Origin: an uncultured Bacteroidales bacterium
GTDB taxonomy: Bacteria > Bacteroidota > Bacteroidia > Bacteroidales > WCHB1-69
DNA length: 64,000 nucleotides
Direction of reading: 5' to 3'
Assembly: GCA_905233745.1 (NCBI GenBank)
Contig: CAJODA010000003.1
Span: forward strand, 19,576-83,575
Shown: piece by piece, positions 1-9,441 of the stretch
Position numbering within the stretch: the stretch's first letter is position 1
How the letters are laid out: each line of letters starts with the position of its first letter
Program-made: the position numbers and the translations under genes
Notes under the pieces: generated by a model
What the model saw: the letters and a program-made list of their open reading frames with translations, nothing else
Databases searched by the model: none
Told to the model about the DNA's origin: nothing

Positions 1-837
1 CGCGGCCACGGCAGCCGTGGCGTTGAGCACGTTGTAGAGCCCGTTGGCGCGGAGTTGCAATTGTGGGAGGATGCCGTCGGGGGTGCGTAGGTCGAAGGTG
101 GCGCGGTTGGGGGCCAGCTGGATGTTTTCGGCGCGGTAGTCGGCGTGTGCCCCGGTGCCGTAGATGAGCTTTTGCGAATGCTGGATTTCATTGGCCACGG
201 TCTCTTCCACCAGCACGGTTTGCGACTGTGCGGCGAATTGTCGGAAGGCGGCCACCAGATTCTCGCGTGTACCGTAGATGTCCAGATGGTCGGCATCCAT
301 GGAGGTGATGATGGCCACGGCAGGGTGCAGAGTCAGGAAGGAGCGGTCGTACTCGTCGGCCTCTGCCACGGCAGCAACGGGGTTTGAGCACAGCACAAGG
401 TTGTCGTGGAAATTCTTGGCGATGCCGCCGATGAAGCCGGCGATGCTGACCTCCGGAGCCAGCAAATGCGCCACCATCGAAGTGGTGGTCGTCTTGCCAT
501 GCGTGCCGGCTACTGCTACGGAAGGCAGCTGTTCGGTAATCTGTCCAAGCACCTGCGAACGTTTGTACAGCGGAATGCTGTTTTCTATAAAGTATTGGAA
601 CTCTGCATTGGAACGGGGCACTGCCGGGGTGTAAACCACCAAATCCAAATTGCCGGGGATTTTGGCGGGATTGTCATCAAAGTGGATAATGGCACCTTTT
701 TGCGTCAGCATGTCCGTGATGGGCGAGGGGGTGAGATCATAGCCATGCACCTCGTCGCCTTCGGCCAGGAAATACTGTGCCAGCGCGCTCATGCCGATGC
801 CGCCGATGCCGAGAAAATAGAGTCTTTTATTTGTCAT
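1..837 (-). CDS. murC: UDP-N-acetylmuramate--L-alanine ligase (MurC-type Mur ligase), partial; the 3-prime end runs off the window
   Basis: Absent from the ORF track because it is open at the window edge. Reverse translation from the ATG (complement of 835-837) reads MTNKRLYFLGIGGIGMSALAQYFLAEG. Further on come the AGTHGKTTTTSM P-loop and AEADEYDRSFL, which are MurC N-terminal and central domain signatures. The start overlaps the stop of the upstream gene by 11 nt. Confidence 0.8.
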   Translation of the reverse strand, partial: MTNKRLYFLGIGGIGMSALAQYFLAEGDEVHGYDLTPSPITDMLTQKGAIIHFDDNPAKIPGNLDLVVYTPAVPRSNAEFQYFIENSIPLYKRSQVLGQITEQLPSVAVAGTHGKTTTTSMVAHLLAPEVSIAGFIGGIAKNFHDNLVLCSNPVAAVAEADEYDRSFLTLHPAVAIITSMDADHLDIYGTRENLVAAFRQFAAQSQTVLVEETVANEIQHSQKLIYGTGAHADYRAENIQLAPNRATFDLRTPDGILPQLQLRANGLYNVLNATAAVAA

Positions 838-2833
838 AAATCAGAAATACGGTTCTTCGGTTCTTGGCCCTGCCCAACGGGGTGCTGTTGTCTGCGATGG
901 GTTGGCTCTCGCCATAGCCCTTGTAACGCAGTCGGTCGGCGGGTATGCCTTTGCTCAACACTTGGTCGTACACAGCCTTGGCGCGCAGCTCCGAAAGCTT
1001 AAGGTTGTCGTCGTCGTTGCCGATGTTGTCGGTGTGTCCCTGGATTTCCACTTTCACTGTGGGGTTGTCCTTGAGAAATTCCACAAACAGTGCAATAATG
1101 ACATTGGAGGACTTGGTCAGCTTGTAGGAGTTGGTCTCAAAGTAGATGTCGCGCAGATCGCACACTTTGCCGGTTTCAATGGCCTTGACCTCCGCATCTT
1201 TGGTGACTATCGGCGCGTTCATCTGCTCAGGAGTGATCACTTGCGAGTCGTAGGAGTGCCCCTCTTTCTTGACGGTGACGATGATGGGTTGAGGGTCCTC
1301 CTTTTTCACTTCTGTGGCCACGGCGTAATTCCCTGTGTTGGCACTCACGATGCCGGTGGCGATGACGTTGGTGGCGGTGTCCCGAATTTCCACGGTGGCG
1401 CCTTCCAGGTCCCCGTCATCGGCTGTGACCTTGCCCTTCACAATCATCATCACATGCGGGCGGGCAGCCTCGTACAACTCGAACTCATAGATGTTCCAAT
1501 CCTTGTTGTCGATGTTGTTGGAGGAGAAATAGCCTGTTTTCCCATCCAAACTGACGAAGAAGTCCACCTCATCGTTCTCGGAATTGATGGGATAGCCGAT
1601 GTTGGTGGGGGTGGTCCAGCGGTTTTTCTCGTCCAGTTTGGAGAAGAAGATGTCCTGACCTCCCATGCCGTCGTGTCCGGAGGAGGAGAAGTAGAGCGTT
1701 TTGCTGTCGGTGTGCAGGAATGGCGACCGCTCGTTTTCCGGCGTGTTGATGGTGGGTCCCAGGTTCACGGGCTTGCGCCAGGTACCGTCGCTGTTGCGCT
1801 GCGAGTACCAGATGTCTGACCCACCGTATGATCCGGGACGGTCGGAAGCGAAGAAGAGCACCTTGCCGTCAGAGCTGAGTGAGGCCTGCGATTCCCAGGA
1901 GTCAGTGCGGTTGATGTTGGGACCCAGAGACTTGGGCTCGGTCCATTCACCGTCGATGAACTCCGAGTAGTAGAGGTCATAGTTGTGGTAGCCGCTGGTG
2001 GAGACCAGTTTGGTGAAGATAAGCATGTCATTGGTGATGTTGATGGTAGGACTGCCTTCACTCAGCGCCATGTTAAAAGGGGGTGGCAGGGGCTCGCCCG
2101 GGCCGAAGTGGCCGCCCTTCTTGTTGCTGAAAGAGAAGAACTCCTTACTCACCTTTTCTCCATGACTGAAGGGCCCCTGGTCCACCACATCCTTTCTGCG
2201 GGTGAAGTAGAAATGCTCTCCGTCAGGGGACAGTGTTCCCAAGTATTCATCATCGTTGGTGGAGATGCCGGCCACGGGTTTGGGGTCGAAAGGCACGGGG
2301 TGATTGAGGATGTTGTCGTAAAAGCGCGCCTTGCGGATAAGCAGGGTCGCTTCCCCTAACTTGGCCGTGTCCTTCGGAGCGGAAAACAGCTCCGGATTCT
2401 CCACAATGACGGCGGCGAACTTGATGGCCTCTGCGAAATCTTCGTTGAAGTAAGCCAACCGTGCCGCATACAGGTTGCAGTGCGGCTTGTAGTACGGGCA
2501 CACGTTGTACATCCGGTTGAAGGCTGCCATGGCCTTCTTGTAGTCCGTCTTATCCTTTGTCTTGGCCTGGTACCGGTTGGCCTCGATGGGCAGATAGTAG
2601 CTGATGGCGTAATAATAGTTGACATCCAGATATTCCGGGTGATCAGCCAGGATTTCGTCGTAAATCTCCAGGGCTTCGGCTTTCTTTCCGTTTTTCTGCA
2701 AATCCCGGGCCTTTTTGAAAAGCTTTTCCGAGCCCTTGTCCATAGTTTGCTGGCAGGGGTCAAGGTCATCTTGCGCGAAGACGGACATCGTGCAGATGAG
2801 CAGTAGTGAAAGTATGGTTAGCCGAAGTCTCAT
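827..2833 (-). CDS. OmpA-family outer-membrane-associated protein (signal peptide, TPR region, TolB-like PD40 beta-propeller repeats, CarboxypepD_reg-like segment, OmpA C-terminal domain)
   Basis: 668-aa ORF. N-terminal signal peptide MRLRLTILSLLLICTMSVFAQ. Repeated PD40-like motifs (SPDGEHFYFT, SSDGKVLFFASDR, DSKTLYFSS). C-terminal OmpA peptidoglycan-binding motif (VEIQGHTDNIGNDDDNLKLSELRAKAV...NRRTVF). Confidence 0.85.
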   Translation of the reverse strand: MRLRLTILSLLLICTMSVFAQDDLDPCQQTMDKGSEKLFKKARDLQKNGKKAEALEIYDEILADHPEYLDVNYYYAISYYLPIEANRYQAKTKDKTDYKKAMAAFNRMYNVCPYYKPHCNLYAARLAYFNEDFAEAIKFAAVIVENPELFSAPKDTAKLGEATLLIRKARFYDNILNHPVPFDPKPVAGISTNDDEYLGTLSPDGEHFYFTRRKDVVDQGPFSHGEKVSKEFFSFSNKKGGHFGPGEPLPPPFNMALSEGSPTINITNDMLIFTKLVSTSGYHNYDLYYSEFIDGEWTEPKSLGPNINRTDSWESQASLSSDGKVLFFASDRPGSYGGSDIWYSQRNSDGTWRKPVNLGPTINTPENERSPFLHTDSKTLYFSSSGHDGMGGQDIFFSKLDEKNRWTTPTNIGYPINSENDEVDFFVSLDGKTGYFSSNNIDNKDWNIYEFELYEAARPHVMMIVKGKVTADDGDLEGATVEIRDTATNVIATGIVSANTGNYAVATEVKKEDPQPIIVTVKKEGHSYDSQVITPEQMNAPIVTKDAEVKAIETGKVCDLRDIYFETNSYKLTKSSNVIIALFVEFLKDNPTVKVEIQGHTDNIGNDDDNLKLSELRAKAVYDQVLSKGIPADRLRYKGYGESQPIADNSTPLGRAKNRRTVFLIYDK

Positions 2834-2840
2834 GGAAATC

Positions 2841-3623
2841 TCAGTTGTCGTGGATTACAGTTTCACCGGCCTCGATGATTTTGAGGAAGTCATCCGCTTT
2901 GAGGGAGGCGCCGCCAATCAGGCCGCCGTCCACATCCGGTTGGGAGAAGAGCTCGAGTGCGTTCTTGGCGTTGCAGCTGCCGCCGTAGAGAATATAGGCG
3001 TTGACTGCCATTTCAGTGCCGAACTTCTTCTCGATGAGCGAGCGGATGAAGGCGAGCATCTCCTGTGCCTGTGCGGGTGTGGCCGTTTCGCCAGTGCCAA
3101 TGGCCCAGATGGGCTCGTATGCGATGATCACGCGCTCCATCTGTTCAGGGGTGAGTTGGTATGTGCTCTCTTCCAGCTGTTTTTGGACAACCTCGAAATG
3201 GCGGCCAGCCTTGCGCTCGTCCAGGGATTCGCCGCAACACATCACCGGCACGATATCGTTAGCCAGCAGCCGCTGCATCTTCTTCAACACAATCTCATTC
3301 GTCTCGCCGAAATATTTTCTCCGCTCGGAATGTCCTATTATGCAGAAAGACACATCCATGTTGGCGAGCATCTCGGCGGAAACTTCGCCAGTGTAGGCGC
3401 CGTTCTCGTACTCGCTCACGTTCTGCACACCGGCGTAGAACTGGCTGCCCTCCTCGCTGGCATGGTCGGTCACCAGTTCGGCGTAAACCAAAGGCGGACA
3501 GAGTACAATCTCCGTTTCAAAGTTGAAATCTTCCAACTTCTCTTCAATCTCGCTGATGAGCTCTTCGGCTTCATCAAAGTTCTTGTTCATTTTCCAGTTA
3601 CCGATAACGATTTTAGGCTTCAT
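2841..3623 (-). CDS. tpiA: triosephosphate isomerase
   Basis: 260-aa ORF containing IVIGNWKMN, IIGHSERR and AYEPIWAIGTG, the canonical TIM motifs. Confidence 0.95.
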   Translation of the reverse strand: MKPKIVIGNWKMNKNFDEAEELISEIEEKLEDFNFETEIVLCPPLVYAELVTDHASEEGSQFYAGVQNVSEYENGAYTGEVSAEMLANMDVSFCIIGHSERRKYFGETNEIVLKKMQRLLANDIVPVMCCGESLDERKAGRHFEVVQKQLEESTYQLTPEQMERVIIAYEPIWAIGTGETATPAQAQEMLAFIRSLIEKKFGTEMAVNAYILYGGSCNAKNALELFSQPDVDGGLIGGASLKADDFLKIIEAGETVIHDN

Positions 3624-3745
3624 AATAGTGCGGTTTTGATTTATTTAATTGATTATAACTTTAATGATTATGGAGATTTGCCGTAAACGGCATACACGGT
3701 TGCAAAGATAAGTATTTTGAGGAATAAAGGAAATAATATTTTTAT

Positions 3746-3753
3746 TATTTTTG
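3746..3753 (+). promoter_or_regulatory. Bacteroidetes-type -7 promoter box (TATTTTTG, consensus TAnnTTTG) upstream of ppdK
   Basis: Exact match to TAnnTTTG, 46 nt upstream of the ATG at 3799, in the AT-rich divergent tpiA/ppdK intergenic region. Confidence 0.45.
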
Positions 3754-3798
3754 CACCTCAAAAAATGAAACCCAAATTATTAACTTAAAATCTTGAAT

Positions 3799-6531
3799 AT
3801 GAGTAACGTTAAGTACGTTTATACCTTCGGAGGAAAGACGGCCGAAGGTAAAGCAGACATGAAGAACCTGCTCGGCGGTAAGGGCGCCAACCTTGCGGAA
3901 ATGTGTCTCTTAGGTCTTCCGGTTCCTGCTGGTCTGACCATCACGACAGAGTGCTGTACGGCCTATTATGCAAATAATTGCGAACTTCCCGCAGGCCTCA
4001 TGGACGAGGTTTGGGCCGGTATGAAGAATGTGGAGAACATTATGGGCCTCAAATATGACGACCCCGAGAATCCGCTTCTTGTTTCCTGCCGCTCCGGTGC
4101 ACGCAGCTCCATGCCAGGCATGATGGATACCGTACTTAACATCGGCCTTAGCTCCAAGACGATCCCCGGTCTTATCAAGAAAACCAATAACCCCCGTTTC
4201 GTTTACGACTCCTATCGTCGTCTCATTATGATGTATGCTGACGTGGTGATGGAGAAAGCCGAGGGTATTGAGCCCGCTGACGGCAAGGGCATCCGTAAGA
4301 TCTTGGATGACATGCTGGATGAGTTTAAGTCCATGAAGGGCTACAAGAGCGACACGGAAATCACCGCTGAGGAACTGCTCAAGCTTGCAGACGCTTTCAA
4401 AGCCAAAATCAAGGAGGTTCTCGGCACCGAGTTCCCGGATGACGCCAAAGCTCAGCTTGAAGGCGGTATCAAGGCAGTGTTCAAGAGCTGGAACGGTAAG
4501 AAGGCTATTTCCTACCGCCGCATCGAAGGCATTCCCGATGATTGGGGTACCGCAGTGAATGTACAAGCCATGGTGTTCGGTAACATGGGCGAAAACTCTG
4601 CTACCGGCGTGGCTTTCACCCGTAACCCTGCTACTGGCGACAACCAGTTCTACGGCGAGTGGCTCATTAACGCCCAAGGCGAGGATGTGGTGGCCGGTAT
4701 CCGTACCCCCAACCCGCTGAACGATGAAACCAAGAATGAGCAGAACAAGATGATGCATTCCATGCAGGAGCTGATGCCCGACACCTACAAAGAGCTCTGC
4801 GACATCCGCTCCATTCTGGAACACAGTTTCCATGACATGCTGGATATCGAGTTCACCATTCAGGAAGGCAAGCTCTATATGCTCCAGTGCCGCGTGGGCA
4901 AACGTACCGGTGTCGCCGCGCTGACCATGGCTCTTGACATGTTGCACGAAGGTCTGATCGATGAGAAGGAGGTCGTGATGCGCGTGGCTCCCGCCCAGCT
5001 GGACGAGCTTCTGCACCCGATTCTGGATCCTGCTGACGAGAAGAAACACACCGTTATCGCCAAAGGTCTGCCCGCAGGTCCTGGCGGTGCTGTGGGTATA
5101 ATCGCTTTCGACAGTGATACTTCCAAAGCATACACAGCCCAAAAGATCAAGAATATCCTCGTTCGTGAGGAGACCAATCCCGAGGATGTGGAGGGTATGC
5201 GTGCCGCTACGGGTATTCTTACCGCTCGCGGCGGTATGACCTCCCACGCCGCCCTCGTGGCTCGTGGCTGGGGTAAATGCTGCATCGTGGGTTGCGACGC
5301 CCTGAAGATCGACATGGAGGCCCGCACGCTCACCATTGACGGCAGAACCTTTAAAGAGGGTGATCTGCTGAGCCTTAACGGCACCAAAGGCTGGGTCTAT
5401 GCCGAGGAAGTGGAGATGATTGACGCTACAGAAAATCCGCTGTTCCAAGAGTTCATGAAGCTGGTGGACAAATATCGCAAGATGGGTGTGCGCACTAACG
5501 CCGACAACCCCGCTGACGCGCAAACGGCCATCGACTTCGGCGCCGAAGGCATCGGCCTGTTCCGTATCGAACACATGTTCTATGGCGAGAACAGCGAAAA
5601 GCCGCTGGAGAAACTGCGCAACATGATTCTGGCCAACACCCGCGAAGAGCGCGTGGCCGCTCTCGACGAACTGGAGCCCTACATCAAGGAGGCTGCCAAG
5701 GGCACGTTGAAGGTGATGGACGGCAAACCGCTGACGTTCCGTCTGATGGACCCGCCGTTGCATGAGTTTGCCCCGCAAGGCGAAGCCAAGATGAAGGAAA
5801 CCGCCAAACGCCTCAACATTGATTATGAGGATGTGAAAAAACGTGTGGAATCACTTCACGAGGTGAACCCGATGATGGGTCTGCGTGGTGTGCGTCTTGG
5901 CATTATCTATCCCGAAATCACTCGCGTGCAGTTCCGAGCCCTCTTCAGCGCCACTGTTGAACTGATGAAGGAAGGCCTGCACCCCATTCTGGAAATCATG
6001 GTTCCCCTGACCATCAACGCCGCCGAGCTCCGCAACCAGAAATCTATCGCCAACATGGTGAAAGAGGAAGTGGAGAACGAGTACGGCATCAAGTTTGAGT
6101 ACAAGTTCGGTACGATGATCGAGATCCCGCGCGCTGCCCTCGTGGCCAATCAGATTGCTGAGGTGGCCGAGTTCTTCTCTTTCGGTACGAACGACCTTAC
6201 GCAGATGACTTTCGGTTTCTCCCGCGACGATGTGAACGCCATCGTTCACAAGTATGTGGAGGATAAGATTATCCCAGCAGACCCCTTCAACTCCTTCGAC
6301 AGCGAGTGTGTCGGCGAGCTGGTGAAAATCGGTGTCCAGCGTGGACGCTCTACCCGCGAAACCCTCAAATGCGGTGTTTGCGGCGAGCACGGCGGCGACC
6401 CGACCGCAGCCGAGTTCTTCTACAAGGTTGGCATGAACTACGTTTCATGCTCGCCGTTCCGCGTGCCGGTGGCCCGTCTGGCTGCCGCACAGGCATCAAT
6501 TAAGAATGAGAACTGCTGCTGCGGCAAGTAA
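3799..6531 (+). CDS. ppdK: pyruvate, phosphate dikinase
   Basis: An ORF of about 910 aa with PPDK hallmarks: N-terminal ATP-grasp region, the phospho-histidine segment GGMTSHAALVARGWGK, and a C-terminal PEP/pyruvate-binding TIM-barrel region (FFSFGTNDLTQ, CGEHGGDP). The ORF track starts at a TTG at 3793; the ATG at 3799 (MSNVKYVYTFGG) is more plausible. Confidence 0.95.
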   Translation: MSNVKYVYTFGGKTAEGKADMKNLLGGKGANLAEMCLLGLPVPAGLTITTECCTAYYANNCELPAGLMDEVWAGMKNVENIMGLKYDDPENPLLVSCRSGARSSMPGMMDTVLNIGLSSKTIPGLIKKTNNPRFVYDSYRRLIMMYADVVMEKAEGIEPADGKGIRKILDDMLDEFKSMKGYKSDTEITAEELLKLADAFKAKIKEVLGTEFPDDAKAQLEGGIKAVFKSWNGKKAISYRRIEGIPDDWGTAVNVQAMVFGNMGENSATGVAFTRNPATGDNQFYGEWLINAQGEDVVAGIRTPNPLNDETKNEQNKMMHSMQELMPDTYKELCDIRSILEHSFHDMLDIEFTIQEGKLYMLQCRVGKRTGVAALTMALDMLHEGLIDEKEVVMRVAPAQLDELLHPILDPADEKKHTVIAKGLPAGPGGAVGIIAFDSDTSKAYTAQKIKNILVREETNPEDVEGMRAATGILTARGGMTSHAALVARGWGKCCIVGCDALKIDMEARTLTIDGRTFKEGDLLSLNGTKGWVYAEEVEMIDATENPLFQEFMKLVDKYRKMGVRTNADNPADAQTAIDFGAEGIGLFRIEHMFYGENSEKPLEKLRNMILANTREERVAALDELEPYIKEAAKGTLKVMDGKPLTFRLMDPPLHEFAPQGEAKMKETAKRLNIDYEDVKKRVESLHEVNPMMGLRGVRLGIIYPEITRVQFRALFSATVELMKEGLHPILEIMVPLTINAAELRNQKSIANMVKEEVENEYGIKFEYKFGTMIEIPRAALVANQIAEVAEFFSFGTNDLTQMTFGFSRDDVNAIVHKYVEDKIIPADPFNSFDSECVGELVKIGVQRGRSTRETLKCGVCGEHGGDPTAAEFFYKVGMNYVSCSPFRVPVARLAAAQASIKNENCCCGK

Positions 6532-6556
6532 TCACTCATTCTTATAATATTACAAA

Positions 6557-6594
6557 ACAGACCTGTCCCTCAATGGATGGGTCTGTTTTTTTTT
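6557..6594 (+). terminator. rho-independent terminator after ppdK
   Basis: Stem acagacc / ggtctgt (6557-6563 and 6580-6586) followed by a run of 9 T. Confidence 0.6.
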
Positions 6595-6685
6595 GTATCC
6601 AATAGCACTGAAATTATTTCGACCAAAAAAGTAAACATGAACTCGACTTTGTCATTCCCGGTAATGACGGCATCACAATAAAGGT

Positions 6686-8038
6686 TTATTGCGCCAGCAA
6701 CTCCTCATCCACGCCAAAGAGACGGGCGATGTTGAAGGCCTCCATGGGCACCTCGTCGGCATCAGTCTCCACTAAAGAGTAGTCCATGTAGTCGCTGATA
6801 TTGCCGATGGTGACGACTTGGTCCTCTTTGAGTTGCAGGCCTTTCACGCGCAGGCGGCGGCAGGTGGCGCGTATGCCGCTGTAGTGAGTCGTCACCAGGG
6901 TGGTGATGTGCAGTTTCTCGGCCAAGCGGAGATAGTTGCCCACCAGGATCTTGCCCTCTTCGGGATTGGTGGTTCGGGCAAGTTCGTCCACCAGGGCAAG
7001 CACCTTGTGCCCTTGGCGGCCCGCTTGTATGATGCGGTCGATGGTGAGGATCTCCACGGCAAAGGATGAGAGTCCGCTGGTCTCCGACTGCTGATCGCCA
7101 ATGCTGCTGATGATTTCATCAACGACAGTCATTGTAGCCGTTTTTGCCGGGAGGCAGAATCCGAATTGGAACAGATATTGCGCCAGCGAAACCGTCTTTA
7201 GCAGCACGGACTTGCCTGCCATGTTGGCGCCGGTGATGAGCACGGCCTCATTGGTGAAGCGTATGTCTATGGGTTGGAATGCTCTCCCACGTTCCTTCAG
7301 GGCATGGTCCACTTCGGGGTTGAAAAGTTGTGTCAGGCGGGTTTCCTGACCGATTACAGGCCGGCAGGCGCTCCACTCGGTGGCAAGACGCGCTTTGGCC
7401 AGCAGAAGGTCGAGGTGCGCCAAAGTGTCGAGATTATGGGAAATGGCTGCACTATAGGGTTGCAGCTGATTCGTCAGCTTTGTGCGTATGCGGTCCTCCA
7501 CCTGCTGAGCCAGGAACCGGTACTCTTCGGCTTCTGTGGCACTCTTGGCTTGGTCGATGCGCTCGCGCCAGGCAGCCAACTCGTGGTCGTATGCTGAGTA
7601 TATGTAGAAGTGCGGGATGTTTGTGTGCTCCGGGTCCAGCATCGCCACCACACGGTCCATGTTCTCAAGCGGGAAGATTCCGCAATGGATGGCCTTGAGG
7701 TCGTCGGCAATCTTGCGCGTGAGGATGGCGGTCTTCTTGATTTCAAATAATTGGATGTCATCCAGCGTGATGCCGTCATTCAAGGCGGATAGGGTGGGGC
7801 GTATGTCGTTAATTTGATGTAAGTTGGTTCGGATATGCGTGATCTTGGTGCGGCATGCTTCATCATTGGCTATCGCAATAGTCTGTTCCAAGAGGTCAAA
7901 TTCCTCATTAAGGGCTTTAGCGTCGGTGCAAAAGGGTAAGCTTAGCAAGTAGTGACGGCCCAGGTTGGAGGTGAGCTGAAGATGCTCGTACACGTAGTGC
8001 AGTGCGGCGTTTTGTTCGAAAGCGTTCTTAAAAAGCAT
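6686..8038 (-). CDS. MutS-related ATPase (MutS domain V / MutS2-like, no Smr domain visible)
   Basis: 450-aa ORF. Walker A ITGANMAGKSVLLKTV, followed by the MutS family ATPase motifs SSFAVEI and LALVDELARTTNPEEG. Confidence 0.75.
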   Translation of the reverse strand: MLFKNAFEQNAALHYVYEHLQLTSNLGRHYLLSLPFCTDAKALNEEFDLLEQTIAIANDEACRTKITHIRTNLHQINDIRPTLSALNDGITLDDIQLFEIKKTAILTRKIADDLKAIHCGIFPLENMDRVVAMLDPEHTNIPHFYIYSAYDHELAAWRERIDQAKSATEAEEYRFLAQQVEDRIRTKLTNQLQPYSAAISHNLDTLAHLDLLLAKARLATEWSACRPVIGQETRLTQLFNPEVDHALKERGRAFQPIDIRFTNEAVLITGANMAGKSVLLKTVSLAQYLFQFGFCLPAKTATMTVVDEIISSIGDQQSETSGLSSFAVEILTIDRIIQAGRQGHKVLALVDELARTTNPEEGKILVGNYLRLAEKLHITTLVTTHYSGIRATCRRLRVKGLQLKEDQVVTIGNISDYMDYSLVETDADEVPMEAFNIARLFGVDEELLAQ

Positions 8039-8073
8039 ATCCTAAAAGAATCATTATAAAATCACGATTAAAC

Positions 8074-8108
8074 TCCAATTCCCAATTCCCGACATCCAAC
8101 ATCCAAAA
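8074..8108. repeat. heptamer ladder repeat (tccaatt cccaatt cccgaca tccaaca tccaaaa)
   Basis: Five consecutive 7-mers, each differing from its neighbour by 1-3 substitutions. They fill the spacer between the permease stop (8110) and the MutS-related gene start (8038). Confidence 0.7.
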
Positions 8109-8109
8109 C

Positions 8110-9441
8110 TCATGCCTTCTTCAACCATTTGAAAATCTCCTTCCAGCCGCTCTTCTTGCCATACATCAGGATGCCCATGCGATATATCTTTGCGGCAAAC
8201 CAAATGCAGAACGCGAGAAACAGCAAGGCCAGTCCCATGGAGGTGAGCAGTTGCCAAAGCGGAACGCCGGCCGGCAGGCGCACCATCATGGTGATGGGGG
8301 AGGTGAGCGGAATCATGGAGAACCAGAAGGCCAGCTGCCCGTTAGGATTGGTGGAGATGGTGGGAATTAGAATGATGGCAAGCAATAGCGGTATGGTAAC
8401 AGGCATGGTGTATTGTTGTGAGTCACTTTCATTGTCCACTACGGAGCCGGTAGCGGCATACAGAGTGGCGTATATGAGATACCCCACGATGAAGAAGAAT
8501 ATGAAACTGAGGATGATTTCAGTGAATGAAATGGGGAAGAACTCATTGATTTTCTGGAAAATGTTGATGTTCTCCGTCAATTCTGCCGGTGCTTCGGCGT
8601 TTTGGATGGATTCTGCAGACAGCTCTGTTGCAGTGTCGGACTGGAAGAGATCCGGTGCTGCCAGCTGGATGCCGCCGAGGATGCCGAAGGTCAGCACCAG
8701 CCAGATGGCAAGTTGGGTGAGACCCACCATGGCAATACCGACAATCTTGCCGATGAGCAGATGGAGGGGCTTCACGGAGGATATGAGCACCTCCACAATG
8801 CGGCTGGTCTTCTCCTCCAGCACGCCACGCAACACCTGGCTGGCGAATATGACGATGATGAAGTAGATGAAGAAACCGCACATCATGCCGATAATTTCGT
8901 TCATCTCCGCAATGTTCTCCCGCTCCGTGCCTTGGTCGTCCACCTGAATGGTGGTAATGTCCACTTTGGTGAGGTCTTGCAGTCTCTCAAACCTCGCCGG
9001 TTCAATGTGCAGCGAATCCTGCAGGATGCGGTTAAAGAAAATTTCGTCCATCTGACTCTCCAACTTGCCTTGGAGCCCTGACGGAAGATTGCTCTTGTAG
9101 TAGAGATTGCTCTTTAATCCCTGGCTGTTGCGGAGGATGTGGAACACGCAGTCGTATTTTTTGTTGTCGAAGGCATCCTGTTTCAGCTGGTTGATGTCTC
9201 CCGATTGGTATGAGAATGTGGTGTTCTCGGTCTCTTCAAAGGCATTTATGAAAATGTCAGTCTCATCCACTACAAGAACATTGGCGGTCTGGGATTTCTC
9301 GCTTTGCATGACCAGCAATACGGGCAGTACAATGACGGCTGCTATCAGCACGGGCAGCAGAAGGGTGATGATGATGAAGGATTTCTTCTTGACCCTTGTG
9401 GTATATTCACGGGATATGATTAGGGATATGTTGTTACTCAT
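8110..9441 (-). CDS. ABC-2 type transporter permease (NatB-like)
   Basis: Polytopic membrane protein: an N-terminal TM segment, a large extracytoplasmic loop, then about 5 C-terminal TM segments. The preferred start MSNNISL at 9441 overlaps the upstream ATPase stop by 8 nt; the ORF track start at 9486 is less likely. Confidence 0.8.
   Translation of the reverse strand: MSNNISLIISREYTTRVKKKSFIIITLLLPVLIAAVIVLPVLLVMQSEKSQTANVLVVDETDIFINAFEETENTTFSYQSGDINQLKQDAFDNKKYDCVFHILRNSQGLKSNLYYKSNLPSGLQGKLESQMDEIFFNRILQDSLHIEPARFERLQDLTKVDITTIQVDDQGTERENIAEMNEIIGMMCGFFIYFIIVIFASQVLRGVLEEKTSRIVEVLISSVKPLHLLIGKIVGIAMVGLTQLAIWLVLTFGILGGIQLAAPDLFQSDTATELSAESIQNAEAPAELTENINIFQKINEFFPISFTEIILSFIFFFIVGYLIYATLYAATGSVVDNESDSQQYTMPVTIPLLLAIILIPTISTNPNGQLAFWFSMIPLTSPITMMVRLPAGVPLWQLLTSMGLALLFLAFCIWFAAKIYRMGILMYGKKSGWKEIFKWLKKA

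Noticed and set aside
3910-5778. 622-aa ORF on the minus strand inside ppdK
   Set aside because: It lies entirely antisense to a gene with unmistakable PPDK motifs. The translation is low-complexity (rich in H, G, V, L, A) with no motifs. It is a typical shadow ORF of a GC-biased coding region.
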